Below, piece after piece: positions 19,041 through 28,064 of a stretch of DNA of 64,000 bases. The stretch covers positions 1 to 64,000 of the forward strand of contig JBGQEL010000003.1 in NCBI GenBank assembly GCA_041496385.1, in the 5' to 3' direction. Position 1 is the stretch's first letter. The number at the start of each line of letters is the position of its first letter. The position numbers and the translations under genes were made by a program. Source of the DNA: Candidatus Methylomirabilia bacterium (GTDB taxonomy: Bacteria > Methylomirabilota > Methylomirabilia > Rokubacteriales > CSP1-6). The notes under the pieces were generated by a model, which saw nothing but the letters and a program-made list of their open reading frames with translations, was not told the DNA's origin and did no database searches.

Positions 19041-20251
19041 AGCGGGATCTCGTTGATCGAGAAGATCGCGAGCAGCATGGCCACGACGATGAACGCCACG
19101 AGCACCCCCATGCCGAGAATGATCGCGGGCTCGAGGAGGCCCAGCACGCGCTTGAGCTCGGTGCGGACGTCGGTCTCGAAGGTCTCGGCCACCTTGAGCA
19201 GCATCTCCTCGATCCGCCCCGTCTCCTCGCCGACGCGCACCATGTGGACGGCGAGCGCCGGGAAGCGCGCCTGCTCCTGCATCCCCGTCGCGATCGTGCC
19301 GCCGCGCTTCACGCCGTCCGCCAGCCGCTCGACGGCGCGCCCGATCGCCTGATTGCTCATCATGTCGCCGACGACCGCCATCGCGCCCATGACGGGCACG
19401 CCGCTCTTGAGCATCGTGCCGAGCGTGCGGGCGAAGCGCGCGGTCTCGATCTTCATCGCCAGACGGCCGACGACCGGCAGCCCGAGCACGGCCTGGTCCC
19501 ACTGCATCCGCCCCTCGGGGGTCCCGGTCCAGATGCGCCAGGCGAGCACGCCCGCCAGCCCGGCCAGCACGGCGACCCACCAGTAGCCCTGGACCGCCGC
19601 GCTCACGGCCATGAGGATCTGCGTGGGGAGCGGCACCGCCTGGCCGAGGTCGGCGAAGATCGTCGCGAAGCGCGGGATGACGAACGTCATGAGGAACACG
19701 ATCGCGCCGATGCCGACGGTCGTGATGACGGCCGGGTAGGCGAGCGCCGAGATGACGGCCTCGGCGAACGCCGCGCGCGCCTCGAGGAACTCGGCCAGGC
19801 GGCGGAGCGTGACCTCCAGGACGCCGCCCTTCTCCCCGGCGCGGACCATGTTGATGTACAGGCGCGAGAACGGGCGCGGGTGGTGCTTGGCCAGCGCCTC
19901 GCTCAGCGCCGAGCCGCCGCGCACGCTCGCGAGCAGGTCGCCCACCAGGGCCTTGGCGCGCGCGTGGGGCGACAGCTCCTCGACGATCGCGAGCGCGCGG
20001 TCGAGCGGCAGGCCCGCCTCGACGAGCGTGGAGAGCTGCTGGGTGAGCGCGAGGAGATCGCGCTGGCTGAAGCGTGCGGAGGTGGCGCCGAAGGCCGGCC
20101 AGCGCGCGCGCTCGGCATGCGGCGCCACGCGGATCGGGTAGTAGGCGTCTTTCTGGAGCCGCTCGACGACGGCACGGGCGTCGGGCGCCTCCATCACGCC
20201 GTCGATCGTCTGGCCCCGGCGGTCGGATGCGCGGTAGACGAAGACCGGCAT
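19037..20251 (-). CDS. gspF: T2SS inner-membrane platform GspF
   Basis: QLSTLVEAGLPL, MVRAGEKGG, ALAYP, VGEETG, LLEP. Confidence 0.95.
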   Translation of the reverse strand: MPVFVYRASDRRGQTIDGVMEAPDARAVVERLQKDAYYPIRVAPHAERARWPAFGATSARFSQRDLLALTQQLSTLVEAGLPLDRALAIVEELSPHARAKALVGDLLASVRGGSALSEALAKHHPRPFSRLYINMVRAGEKGGVLEVTLRRLAEFLEARAAFAEAVISALAYPAVITTVGIGAIVFLMTFVIPRFATIFADLGQAVPLPTQILMAVSAAVQGYWWVAVLAGLAGVLAWRIWTGTPEGRMQWDQAVLGLPVVGRLAMKIETARFARTLGTMLKSGVPVMGAMAVVGDMMSNQAIGRAVERLADGVKRGGTIATGMQEQARFPALAVHMVRVGEETGRIEEMLLKVAETFETDVRTELKRVLGLLEPAIILGMGVLVAFIVVAMLLAIFSINEIPL

Positions 20252-20257
20252 CGACGC

Positions 20258-21952
20258 CTACGCGTCTTCCTGGGTGACGCGAAGGATCTCCTCGACGGTG
20301 GTGACGCCGGCGCGCGCCTTGCGCCAGCCGTCGAGGCGGAGCGTGAGCATCCCCGCGTCGACCGCCTCGCGGCGGATGTCGCGGCTCGTCGCCCGGCGGA
20401 GGATGAGGCTGCGCGCGTCCTCGCTGATCGGGAACAGCTCGTAGATCCCGGTGCGCCCGCGGTAGCCCGTCCCGCGGCACTCGTCGCAGCCCCGCCCCCG
20501 CCAGAGCGGGGTGCCGGCGGCGCCCTCGATGCCGAGCGCTTCGAGGTCCGCCTCGTTCGGCGCGTCGGGCGTACGGCACGCCTGGCAGATGCGCCGGACG
20601 AGACGCTGGGCGAGCACGCCCTCGAGGACGGAGGCGACGAGGTAGGGCTCGACCCCCATGTCCTGGAGCCGCGTGATCGCGCCGGGCGCGTCGTTGGTGT
20701 GGAGCGTGGAGAAGACGAGGTGGCCGGTGAGCGCCGCCTGGATCGCGATCTCGGCGGTCTCGAGGTCGCGGATCTCGCCGATGAGGATCACGTCGGGGTC
20801 CTGCCGCACGATGTGGCGGAGGCCCGTGGCGAAGGTGAGTCCGATCTTCGGCTTCACGGGGATCTGGTTGACGCCCTTGAGCTGGTACTCGACCGGGTCC
20901 TCGACCGTGATGATCTTGAGATCCGGCGAGTTGATCTTGTCGAGCGCGCCGTAGAGCGTCGTCGTCTTGCCCGAGCCCGTGGGGCCGGTGACGAGCAGGA
21001 TCCCGTGCGGGCGCTTGATGAGCGCCTCGAAGCGCTGCTGCGTGTCGGGCGCGAAGCCGAGCTTCTCGAGCGGCAGGAACACGCTCGAGCGGTCGAGCAG
21101 CCGCATGACGATGGACTCGCCGTGCACCGTCGGAATCGTCGAGACGCGGATGTCCACGCGGCGGCCGCGCAGCGTGACGCGGATGCGCCCGTCCTGGGGC
21201 AGGCGCCGCTCGGCGATGTTCATCTCGGCCATCAGCTTGATGCGCGAGGTCACCGCGGCCTGCAGCCGGCGCGGCGGCGCCTCCTGGTCGAAGAGGATCC
21301 CGTCGATGCGATACCGGACGCGGAGCGTGTCCTCGAAGGGCTCGACGTGGATGTCGGAGGCCTCGGCGCCGATCGCGTTCTCGATGAGGAGGTTCACGAG
21401 CCGCACGACGGGCGCCTCGAACGCCATGTCGCGGAGGTGGTTGATGTCCTCGTCGCCGTCGACCCCGCCCTCGTCCTCCATGCCCTCGACGATGCGCTGG
21501 AGCGGCGTCGACGCGCCGTCGTACGTCCGGTCGATCGCCTCGCCGATCGCCTCGGCCGAGCTCACGACGAGCTTCACGGGGAGGCCGGTGGACTGGCGGA
21601 GGTCGTCCACGATCAGCGGGTTCATCGGGTCGGCGGTCGCGACGGTCAGCAGGCCGTTCTCGACGCTGACGGGGCAGACCGCGTACTGACGGAGGTACTT
21701 CGGCGAGAGGTTCTTGACGACGGGCAGCGCCGAGGGCAGCTCGTCGCGCGAGAGGAACGGGAGGTGCTGCTGCTTCGCGAGCGCCCGCATGACGTCCTCG
21801 TTCGTGACCGCGCCCAGCGCCACGAGCGCCTCGCCGATCCGCTCGCCGGTCGTCCGCGCGCGCGCGAGCGCCTGCTCCACGACGTCCGCGGTCGTGAGGC
21901 GCTCGGCGACGAGGATTTCACCCAGCAGGCGGGGAGGCGCGACGGTGACCAT
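20258..21952 (-). CDS. gspE: T2SS ATPase GspE
   Basis: ASDIHVEP, GPTGSGKTTT, RQDPDVILIGEIRD, CxxC..CxxC. Confidence 0.96.
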   Translation of the reverse strand: MVTVAPPRLLGEILVAERLTTADVVEQALARARTTGERIGEALVALGAVTNEDVMRALAKQQHLPFLSRDELPSALPVVKNLSPKYLRQYAVCPVSVENGLLTVATADPMNPLIVDDLRQSTGLPVKLVVSSAEAIGEAIDRTYDGASTPLQRIVEGMEDEGGVDGDEDINHLRDMAFEAPVVRLVNLLIENAIGAEASDIHVEPFEDTLRVRYRIDGILFDQEAPPRRLQAAVTSRIKLMAEMNIAERRLPQDGRIRVTLRGRRVDIRVSTIPTVHGESIVMRLLDRSSVFLPLEKLGFAPDTQQRFEALIKRPHGILLVTGPTGSGKTTTLYGALDKINSPDLKIITVEDPVEYQLKGVNQIPVKPKIGLTFATGLRHIVRQDPDVILIGEIRDLETAEIAIQAALTGHLVFSTLHTNDAPGAITRLQDMGVEPYLVASVLEGVLAQRLVRRICQACRTPDAPNEADLEALGIEGAAGTPLWRGRGCDECRGTGYRGRTGIYELFPISEDARSLILRRATSRDIRREAVDAGMLTLRLDGWRKARAGVTTVEEILRVTQEDA

Positions 21953-21980
21953 GCTATGCTCGCGTGGCCATGTTAGCATA
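21952..21980. promoter_or_regulatory. Face-to-face -10 elements between divergent gspE and ZIP
   Basis: TGcTATGCT (21952-21960, +) and TATGCT (21980-21975, -). Confidence 0.5.
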
Positions 21981-22701
21981 CCTGGCCTTCACGGCCGCCG
22001 CGGCGGCCGCGGATCTGGCGGGCGCGCTCCTCGTCGTCACCGCGCACCGGAAAGGGCTCGCGCCCCTCCGCTACTTCGTCGCCGCCGGCGCCGGGTTCAT
22101 GCTCGCGGCGGCCTTCGTCCGGATGCTCCCCGAGAGCGCCCACGTGCCGCACGCCTTCCTCTTCGTGCTCGTCGGCTACTTCGGCATCCACTTGTTCGAG
22201 CACACGGTCGCGCCGCACTTCCACTTCGGCGAGGAGGTGCACCCCGAGGCGCTCCTCGCCCCGTCGGCCGGCTACCTGGCGCTGCTCGGGCTCGGCGTGC
22301 ACACGCTCTTCGACGGCGTGGCGATCGCCGCCGGCTTCATGATCGGGCCGTCGCTGGGCGCCGTCCTCTCCATCGCCGTCTTCCTGCACAAGGTGCCGGA
22401 GGGCTTCACCATCGCGTCCATCATGCTCGCCGGGGGGCGCTCGCGGGCCGCCGCCGTGGGGGCGGGCGCGACGCTCGGGGTGCTCACGATCGTCGGCGCC
22501 GTCGCGACGCGCTTCGTGGCGGAGCGCCACGTGGGCTACGCGCTGGCCCTCTCGGCGGGCGTGACCATCTACGTCGCGGCGTCCGACCTGATCCCGGAGG
22601 TGAACCGCGAGGGCGGCCCGGCGCTCGCCTGGACGGTCTTCGGCGGACTCGTGCTCTTCGCGCTCGCCGACTGGCTTCTGTCGCCGCTCGGCGGCCACTG
22701 A
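21970..22701 (+). CDS. ZIP family metal transporter
   Basis: HFHFGEEVH, HTLFDG, LHKVPEG, YVAASDLIPE. Confidence 0.92.
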   Translation: MLAYLAFTAAAAAADLAGALLVVTAHRKGLAPLRYFVAAGAGFMLAAAFVRMLPESAHVPHAFLFVLVGYFGIHLFEHTVAPHFHFGEEVHPEALLAPSAGYLALLGLGVHTLFDGVAIAAGFMIGPSLGAVLSIAVFLHKVPEGFTIASIMLAGGRSRAAAVGAGATLGVLTIVGAVATRFVAERHVGYALALSAGVTIYVAASDLIPEVNREGGPALAWTVFGGLVLFALADWLLSPLGGH

Positions 22702-22722
22702 TGATAGTCTGAGCCGGATGGC

Positions 22723-23163
22723 ATGAAGGCGCTCGTCCTGCACGGCCCCAACCTGAACCTTCTCGGCACGCGGGAGCGGGGCGTCTACGGCCGGGTGAGC
22801 CTCGCGCAGCTCGACCGGACGATTCGCGACTTCGGCAGGAAGCGCGGCCTCGCGGTGGAGTGCCGCCAGTCCAACCACGAGGGCCAGCTCATCGACTGGC
22901 TGCAGGGCGCGGCGGCCGAGGGGTTCGCCGGCGTCGTGTTCAACCCGGGCGCTTTCACGCACTACTCGATCGCGCTGCGCGACGCGGTCGCCGGGATCTC
23001 GCTGCCGGTCGTCGAGGTACACCTCTCCAACGTGCACGGGCGCGAGGAGTTCCGCCGCCACTCGGTGATCGCGCCGGTCGCGCGCGGCCAGATCTCGGGC
23101 TTCGGGCCGCAGAGCTATCTGCTCGGCCTCGAGGCGCTGGCCGCGCGAGCGCGCCGGCGGTGA
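22723..23163 (+). CDS. aroQ: Type II 3-dehydroquinate dehydratase
   Basis: HGPNLNLLGTRE..YG, QSNHEG, NPGAFTHYSIALRDA, EVHLSN. Confidence 0.96.
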   Translation: MKALVLHGPNLNLLGTRERGVYGRVSLAQLDRTIRDFGRKRGLAVECRQSNHEGQLIDWLQGAAAEGFAGVVFNPGAFTHYSIALRDAVAGISLPVVEVHLSNVHGREEFRRHSVIAPVARGQISGFGPQSYLLGLEALAARARRR

Positions 23164-23189
23164 ATCACTTCCGCCGCAGCGGCGTCTAA
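23161..23189 (+). promoter_or_regulatory. Predicted ECF-sigma promoter (autoregulatory)
   Basis: TGAATC-N16-CGTCTAA directly upstream of the ECF gene. Confidence 0.6.
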
Positions 23190-23221
23190 CCGTCGTCGGG
23201 GTCGAGGGGAGCGGGTGACGC

Positions 23222-24253
23222 GTGGTCGAGCTCGACGATCTCGCCCTGATCGAGCGCGTGCGCGGCGGCGACGTCGGCGCGTTCGAGCCGCTGGTCGAGA
23301 AATACCGCCAGCGGGTGTATCGCCTCGCCTTCAACGTCCTGCGCGACGCCGAGGAGGCGTGGGACGTCGCCCAGGAGGCGTTCATCCGGGCCTACCAGGC
23401 GCTCCCGGCGTTCCGGGGGCAGTCGGCGTTCTACACGTGGCTCTTCCGGATCACGATGAACGTGGCGTCGGACCGGGCGCGCCAGCGCGGCGCGCGCGGA
23501 CGCGCCTTCGGCACAGAGCGGGTGGAGGAGGAGGACTGGGACCGGGTCCTGGTGGACCCGAGCGAGGCGCCCGACGACTCGGCGGCGCGGGCCGAGCAGC
23601 GGCGCCACATCGTGCGCGCCCTGGAGACTTTGCCGGAGCATCACCGCGCGATTATCATGCTGAGTGATCTCGAGGGGCTCTCGTACCGCGAGATCGCTGA
23701 GGTGCTGGGGATTCCCATGGGGACCGTCATGTCGCGTCTGCACAACGCCCGCAAGCGCCTGCGCGAGGCTCTCGGGCCGCTGCTGCTCCTGCTCCTCACC
23801 CTGCTGGCGATCGTGGCCGTCGCCACCGTCGCGCGCGGCCAGCAGGTCGTGCGCTTCGGCACCCGTGTGGTGCTCGCGAGCGACACGGCGCCGGCGGCGG
23901 CCCCGGGCGCCCGTCCGGCACCCGCCGAGCCCGACGAGCGTCTCGACAATTTCCTGCCGAAGCTCCGCCAGCTCTTCCGCTACAAGTCGTACACGTCGCT
24001 CGAGCGCTACCGGGCCGAGGTGCCCGTGGGCTCGACCCAGCGCTGGCCGGTGCCGGGCGACCGCCAGATCGAGATCACGCCGGAGGCGATGACGAAGGGC
24101 ACGGTGAAGTTCCAGGTGCGCCTCTCGCGCGGCAGCCTCACCGAGGTCAACACGCACATCCAGGCGCAGACCGGGAACCCCGCGGTCATCGGCGGCCCCA
24201 AGCACGGCGACGGCGTGCTCATCATCATCGTCTGGCCGAACCCGAACCCCTGA
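23222..24253 (+). CDS. ECF sigma factor with C-terminal TM/signal-like helix and extracytoplasmic domain
   Basis: DVAQEAF, FYTWLFRI, GLSYREIAEVLGIPMGTVMSRLHNARKRL, then LLLLLLTLLAIVAVATVARG and about 135 aa more. Confidence 0.88.
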   Translation: MVELDDLALIERVRGGDVGAFEPLVEKYRQRVYRLAFNVLRDAEEAWDVAQEAFIRAYQALPAFRGQSAFYTWLFRITMNVASDRARQRGARGRAFGTERVEEEDWDRVLVDPSEAPDDSAARAEQRRHIVRALETLPEHHRAIIMLSDLEGLSYREIAEVLGIPMGTVMSRLHNARKRLREALGPLLLLLLTLLAIVAVATVARGQQVVRFGTRVVLASDTAPAAAPGARPAPAEPDERLDNFLPKLRQLFRYKSYTSLERYRAEVPVGSTQRWPVPGDRQIEITPEAMTKGTVKFQVRLSRGSLTEVNTHIQAQTGNPAVIGGPKHGDGVLIIIVWPNPNP

Positions 24254-24264
24254 GGGGAGGCGGC

Positions 24265-25794
24265 GTGAGCGAGGGCGAGGACCGATACGTCCGGGAGCGT
24301 GCCCGCATCGAGCAGGGCCACGTCAAGTACCGCGAGAAGCTGCGCGAGGAAGGCAAGCTCTTCGTCCGCGACCGCCTGAAGCTCCTGCTCGATCCCGGTG
24401 CTCCGTTCCAGGAGGACTGGCGCTTCGCGCGCTCGGAGGAGGCGGACACGCCGGCGGACGGCGTGGTGACGGGCGTCGGCAGCGTGGGCGGGCGCGCCGT
24501 CTGCGTCATGGCCAACGACTACACCGTCAAGGCCGGCTCCTGGGGCGAGAAGACGGTGCAGAAGATCGTGCGCATCCAGGAGAAGGCCGCGCGCCTGCGG
24601 GTGCCGATCGTCTACCTCGTGGACGCGGCCGGCGGGCGTATCTCCGAGCAGATCCGGATCTTCCCCGGCCGCTTTCACGCCGGGCGCATCTTCTACAACG
24701 AGGTGCAGCTCTCCGGCGTCGTTCCCCAGGTCTGCATCCTCTTCGGGCCCTCGCCCGCGGGCTCCGCCTATCTGCCGGCGCTCACCGACGTCGTCATCAT
24801 GGTCGACGGCAAGGCCTCGCTCTACGTCGGGAGCCCGCGGATGGTCGAGATGGCCATCGGCGAGAAGACGACGCTCGAGGAGCTTGGCGGCGCGCGGATG
24901 CACTGCGAGGTCTCGGGCTGCGGCGACGTGCTCGCGGCCTCCGACGAGGAGGCGATCGAGCTCGCCAAGCGCTACCTCGCGTACCTGCCGGGGTCGTACC
25001 GGGAGCCGCCGCCCGCGCGCGAGGCGGCCGCGCCCAAGCCCGGGCGTGCGATCGAGGAGATCGTGCCCTACGATCAGCGCAAGTACTTCGACATGTACGA
25101 GGTGATCGACCGCGTGGTGGACGCCGGCTCGTGGTTCGAGATCAAGCGGCTCTTCGCCCGCGAGATCATCGTCGGCTTCGCCCGGCTCGACGGCCGCAGC
25201 GTGGGGGTCGTCGCGAACCAGCCGAAGGTGAAGGGCGGCGTCCTCTTCCCCGACTCCTCCGACAAGGCGGCGCGCTTCATCTGGCTCTGCAACGCGTTCA
25301 ACGTCCCGCTCATCTATCTCGCCGACGTGTCGGGCTTCATGGTGGGCACCAAGGTCGAGCGCGCCGGCATCATCCGCCACGGCGCGAAGATGATCTTCGC
25401 GACCGCGCAGGCGACCGTGCCGAAGATCTCCGTGGTCGTCCGCAAGTGCTACGGCGCCGGGCTCTACGCCATGTGTGGGCCGGCCTTCGAGCCCGACGCC
25501 GCGCTGGCGCTCCCGCAGGGACAGATCGCGATCATGGGGCCCGAGCCCGCGGTGAACGCGGTCTACTACAACAAGATCATGGAGCTGCCCGAGGGCGAGC
25601 GCGCGGCGTACGTGAAGCAGAAGCGCGACGAGTACGCGCGCGACGTCGACATCCACAAGCTCGCCTCGGAGATGCTCGTGGACGACATCGTGCCGGGCTC
25701 CCAGCTCCGCGCCGAGCTCGTCACGCGCCTCGCGTACGCCGAGACGAAGGCGCACGAGTTCCCGCCGCGCCGCAACGGCGTCTACCCCGTCTGA
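24265..25794 (+). CDS. Acyl-CoA carboxylase carboxyltransferase (beta) subunit
   Basis: PADGVVTG, ANDYTVKAGSWG, GSAYLPAL, GGARMH, VVANQP, GIIRHGAK. Confidence 0.93.
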   Translation: MSEGEDRYVRERARIEQGHVKYREKLREEGKLFVRDRLKLLLDPGAPFQEDWRFARSEEADTPADGVVTGVGSVGGRAVCVMANDYTVKAGSWGEKTVQKIVRIQEKAARLRVPIVYLVDAAGGRISEQIRIFPGRFHAGRIFYNEVQLSGVVPQVCILFGPSPAGSAYLPALTDVVIMVDGKASLYVGSPRMVEMAIGEKTTLEELGGARMHCEVSGCGDVLAASDEEAIELAKRYLAYLPGSYREPPPAREAAAPKPGRAIEEIVPYDQRKYFDMYEVIDRVVDAGSWFEIKRLFAREIIVGFARLDGRSVGVVANQPKVKGGVLFPDSSDKAARFIWLCNAFNVPLIYLADVSGFMVGTKVERAGIIRHGAKMIFATAQATVPKISVVVRKCYGAGLYAMCGPAFEPDAALALPQGQIAIMGPEPAVNAVYYNKIMELPEGERAAYVKQKRDEYARDVDIHKLASEMLVDDIVPGSQLRAELVTRLAYAETKAHEFPPRRNGVYPV

Positions 25795-25796
25795 GC

Positions 25797-25816
25797 CCCG
25801 CGGCCCCGGCCGCGGG
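25797..25816. terminator. GC hairpin between convergent genes
   Basis: cccgcggc-cccg-gccgcggg; no U tract. Confidence 0.3.
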
Positions 25817-25818
25817 CG

Positions 25819-27954
25819 TCAGGGGATGAAGTTCAGCACCTCCGGCAGCGCCCCGGTGATCGGCACCTCGAAGATCGGCCCGGCCGCGTCGGGGTCGACG
25901 ACGGTCGCGCCATCCGAGGCCAGGAAGATCGCGATCTGCTGCTGGGCGCCGAGCGCGAAGGCCGCCACCGAGGGCACCGCCACGTTCGTGAGGAACGTGT
26001 GCGGGTTCTTGGGCGTGGCCGCGTTGGCCGCGAACGCCAGGTCGTTCCGGTAGTAGAGCGTCCGGTCCGCCAGATCACCCGCGCGGATGAGCGCCGAGGC
26101 GGTCGGGTTCGGCACGGTCTGATCGCCCCTCGCGAACTGGACGATCACGGACTTGGGCTCCATGCCGTCGAGCGGGCTCTGGCGGATGTACCGCGCGTAC
26201 GCGACGGGATTGCCCGACTGCGAGACCCACTCGGTGTTCTCGAGGACCTCCTGGATCGGGACGGCGCCCGCGACGCCGTTGACGAGGGCGGGCTGATCCC
26301 TGAGGGGCACGTTCTCGTTGAACCCCCACTGCGGCGGCGCGAGCGGTCCCGCGTTGAGCAGCGCCGGCACGCGGGTCGCGAGTGCCACGCCGACCAGCGC
26401 GCGGAAGGACGGGCTGAGCCGCGCGATCTCGATGATGGGCCCGCCGGGCACGTTGGGCACACCCGCGCGGATGCTGGACTCGACCGCGAGGAAGATCGTT
26501 CCGTAGATGCCGCCGAACGATTGCCCGGCGTAGTAGATCCGCGAGCGGTCGAGCCCGGGGAGTCCGCCCGTCTCGATCACGCGCACGAGCTGCATCAGGT
26601 CGACCACCGTCTGCCGGAGCCCGTCGCGGCTCCCGATGAGCCCGCGCGGCACCGCGGCGTTGACGCCCTCGGTGGAGTCGATCGTGCCGTTGCCGTCCTG
26701 GTCGATCCCGCGGCCGCCGGCCGGTATCGACACCGCGGGACCGCTCACCCGGTTCACCGTCAGCGTGCCGAGCGGGCCACCGCCGTGCCCCACGACGTTG
26801 ATCGCGATCGTCGCGAGGCCGTGCGAGGCGAGCGCGGAGGCGACGACGACGGGCGCACCCTGCTTGCTGTCCGTGAAGCCGTGGCCGAAGATCACCACCG
26901 GCCAGCCGCCGGCCGGCGGGGTCCCCGCGGGCAGGGTCAGGTTGAACGCGATGTTGCTCACCGACTGCGCCACGGGCGTGCCCGTGCGGGTCCCGACCGC
27001 CGGGATGAACTTCTCGGCGGTCTCGTAGTCGGGCGAGGCGAACGTGCCGAAGGCGAGGCTGCCGACGCTTCCCGGAAAGATCGAGAGCGCGGGAGTCGGA
27101 AAGAAGGACGTGCTGAACGTCGGCGCGGTGCCGGTCTGCCGCGTGACGACGATGCTGACGATGTCGGTGAGCGGGAAGGTGCCGAGCATCGTGGCCGGCG
27201 CGGGATTCGTCCGCTTGATCTGGTGGCGGATCTTTTCGAGCACCGCGGTCACGCTCTGGGTGGTGAAGACGCTCGCCGCGACCACCTCGTGATGGCGGCG
27301 GTGCTGATCATGCCGGGGGTGCGAGTGCAGGAGCTCCAGCGCGTGGAGCACCCCCCCGCGGTACTCCTCGAGCTCGTGGTCCTTCGGGTGGCCCCAGTGC
27401 CAGCCGTGCCGGAACCGCGCGAAGGCGCCCGCCTCGACGGGGTCGCCCGCGGCGTCGCGCACTCCATCCGTCACCACGAGCGCGTACCGCGTGTGCTGAT
27501 CGAGAAATGCGTCGGACTCCGCGAAGAGCGTGTTCGTCGCGGGGTCCCAGACGACCTGGTTGATGCCCACGCGCTCGCCCTTGGCTCCACCCCCACGCGT
27601 GTCGCCAAGGTTCACCAGGAAGACCGTCTCGCTCGTGACCGTCGCGGGATCGATCGGGCCGCTGAACGGGATCGCGAGGCGCGGCTGGAGGTTGAAGCCG
27701 TCGAGGGTGTTGATGACGTCGATGTCGGCGCAGTCCGACGGCCGCGCCGCGCAGTCGGGCTTCGGCAGGTTCACCCGGATCCCCGTCAGGTGATGGTGAT
27801 CGTCCACCGAGAACCGATCGCTGGGGAACGGCCCGCCGCTCGGACTCGAGAGGTCGAAGAGCGCCTCGACGCCGGCCGCGGAGACGACCGCAGGCGGGAC
27901 GAGCAGCAGGAGTGCAAAAGCCACGGCGAGCGTGCGACGTTGCAGGGCGCCCAT
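25819..27954 (-). CDS. Exported lipase-like alpha/beta hydrolase with N-terminal Ig-like domain
   Basis: Signal peptide; PFPSD, LDGF, VVIFGHG, nucleophile GQSFG, GDQTVPN, NPH; SD aggagg. Confidence 0.8.
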   Translation of the reverse strand: MGALQRRTLAVAFALLLLVPPAVVSAAGVEALFDLSSPSGGPFPSDRFSVDDHHHLTGIRVNLPKPDCAARPSDCADIDVINTLDGFNLQPRLAIPFSGPIDPATVTSETVFLVNLGDTRGGGAKGERVGINQVVWDPATNTLFAESDAFLDQHTRYALVVTDGVRDAAGDPVEAGAFARFRHGWHWGHPKDHELEEYRGGVLHALELLHSHPRHDQHRRHHEVVAASVFTTQSVTAVLEKIRHQIKRTNPAPATMLGTFPLTDIVSIVVTRQTGTAPTFSTSFFPTPALSIFPGSVGSLAFGTFASPDYETAEKFIPAVGTRTGTPVAQSVSNIAFNLTLPAGTPPAGGWPVVIFGHGFTDSKQGAPVVVASALASHGLATIAINVVGHGGGPLGTLTVNRVSGPAVSIPAGGRGIDQDGNGTIDSTEGVNAAVPRGLIGSRDGLRQTVVDLMQLVRVIETGGLPGLDRSRIYYAGQSFGGIYGTIFLAVESSIRAGVPNVPGGPIIEIARLSPSFRALVGVALATRVPALLNAGPLAPPQWGFNENVPLRDQPALVNGVAGAVPIQEVLENTEWVSQSGNPVAYARYIRQSPLDGMEPKSVIVQFARGDQTVPNPTASALIRAGDLADRTLYYRNDLAFAANAATPKNPHTFLTNVAVPSVAAFALGAQQQIAIFLASDGATVVDPDAAGPIFEVPITGALPEVLNFIP

Positions 27955-28064
27955 GGTGAAGCCTCCTTGAGAAGGGTGGATCGTGGGCTTGCGGGCGCAC
28001 AACTAACATGGGCGAACGACCGCTGTCAATCGCCTCGACGGCGCGCGAGTTCGCGGTGGGAGGC

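Noticed and set aside
18600..20579. 659-aa ORF suggesting a giant GspG fusion
   Set aside because: Only the last 146 aa are GspG (ATG 19040); the rest is an off-frame overlap with gspF
19244..21976. 910-aa plus-strand ORF and many similar long ORFs (e.g. 11615-13156, 25999-28143, 45760-47532)
   Set aside because: Antisense or alternate-frame shadows of clear genes, Arg/Ala/Gly-rich as expected at high GC, with no motifs
28000..28029. sigma70 promoter for the lipase
   Set aside because: Perfect TTGACA on the minus strand but no good TAnnnT hexamer at 16-18 nt
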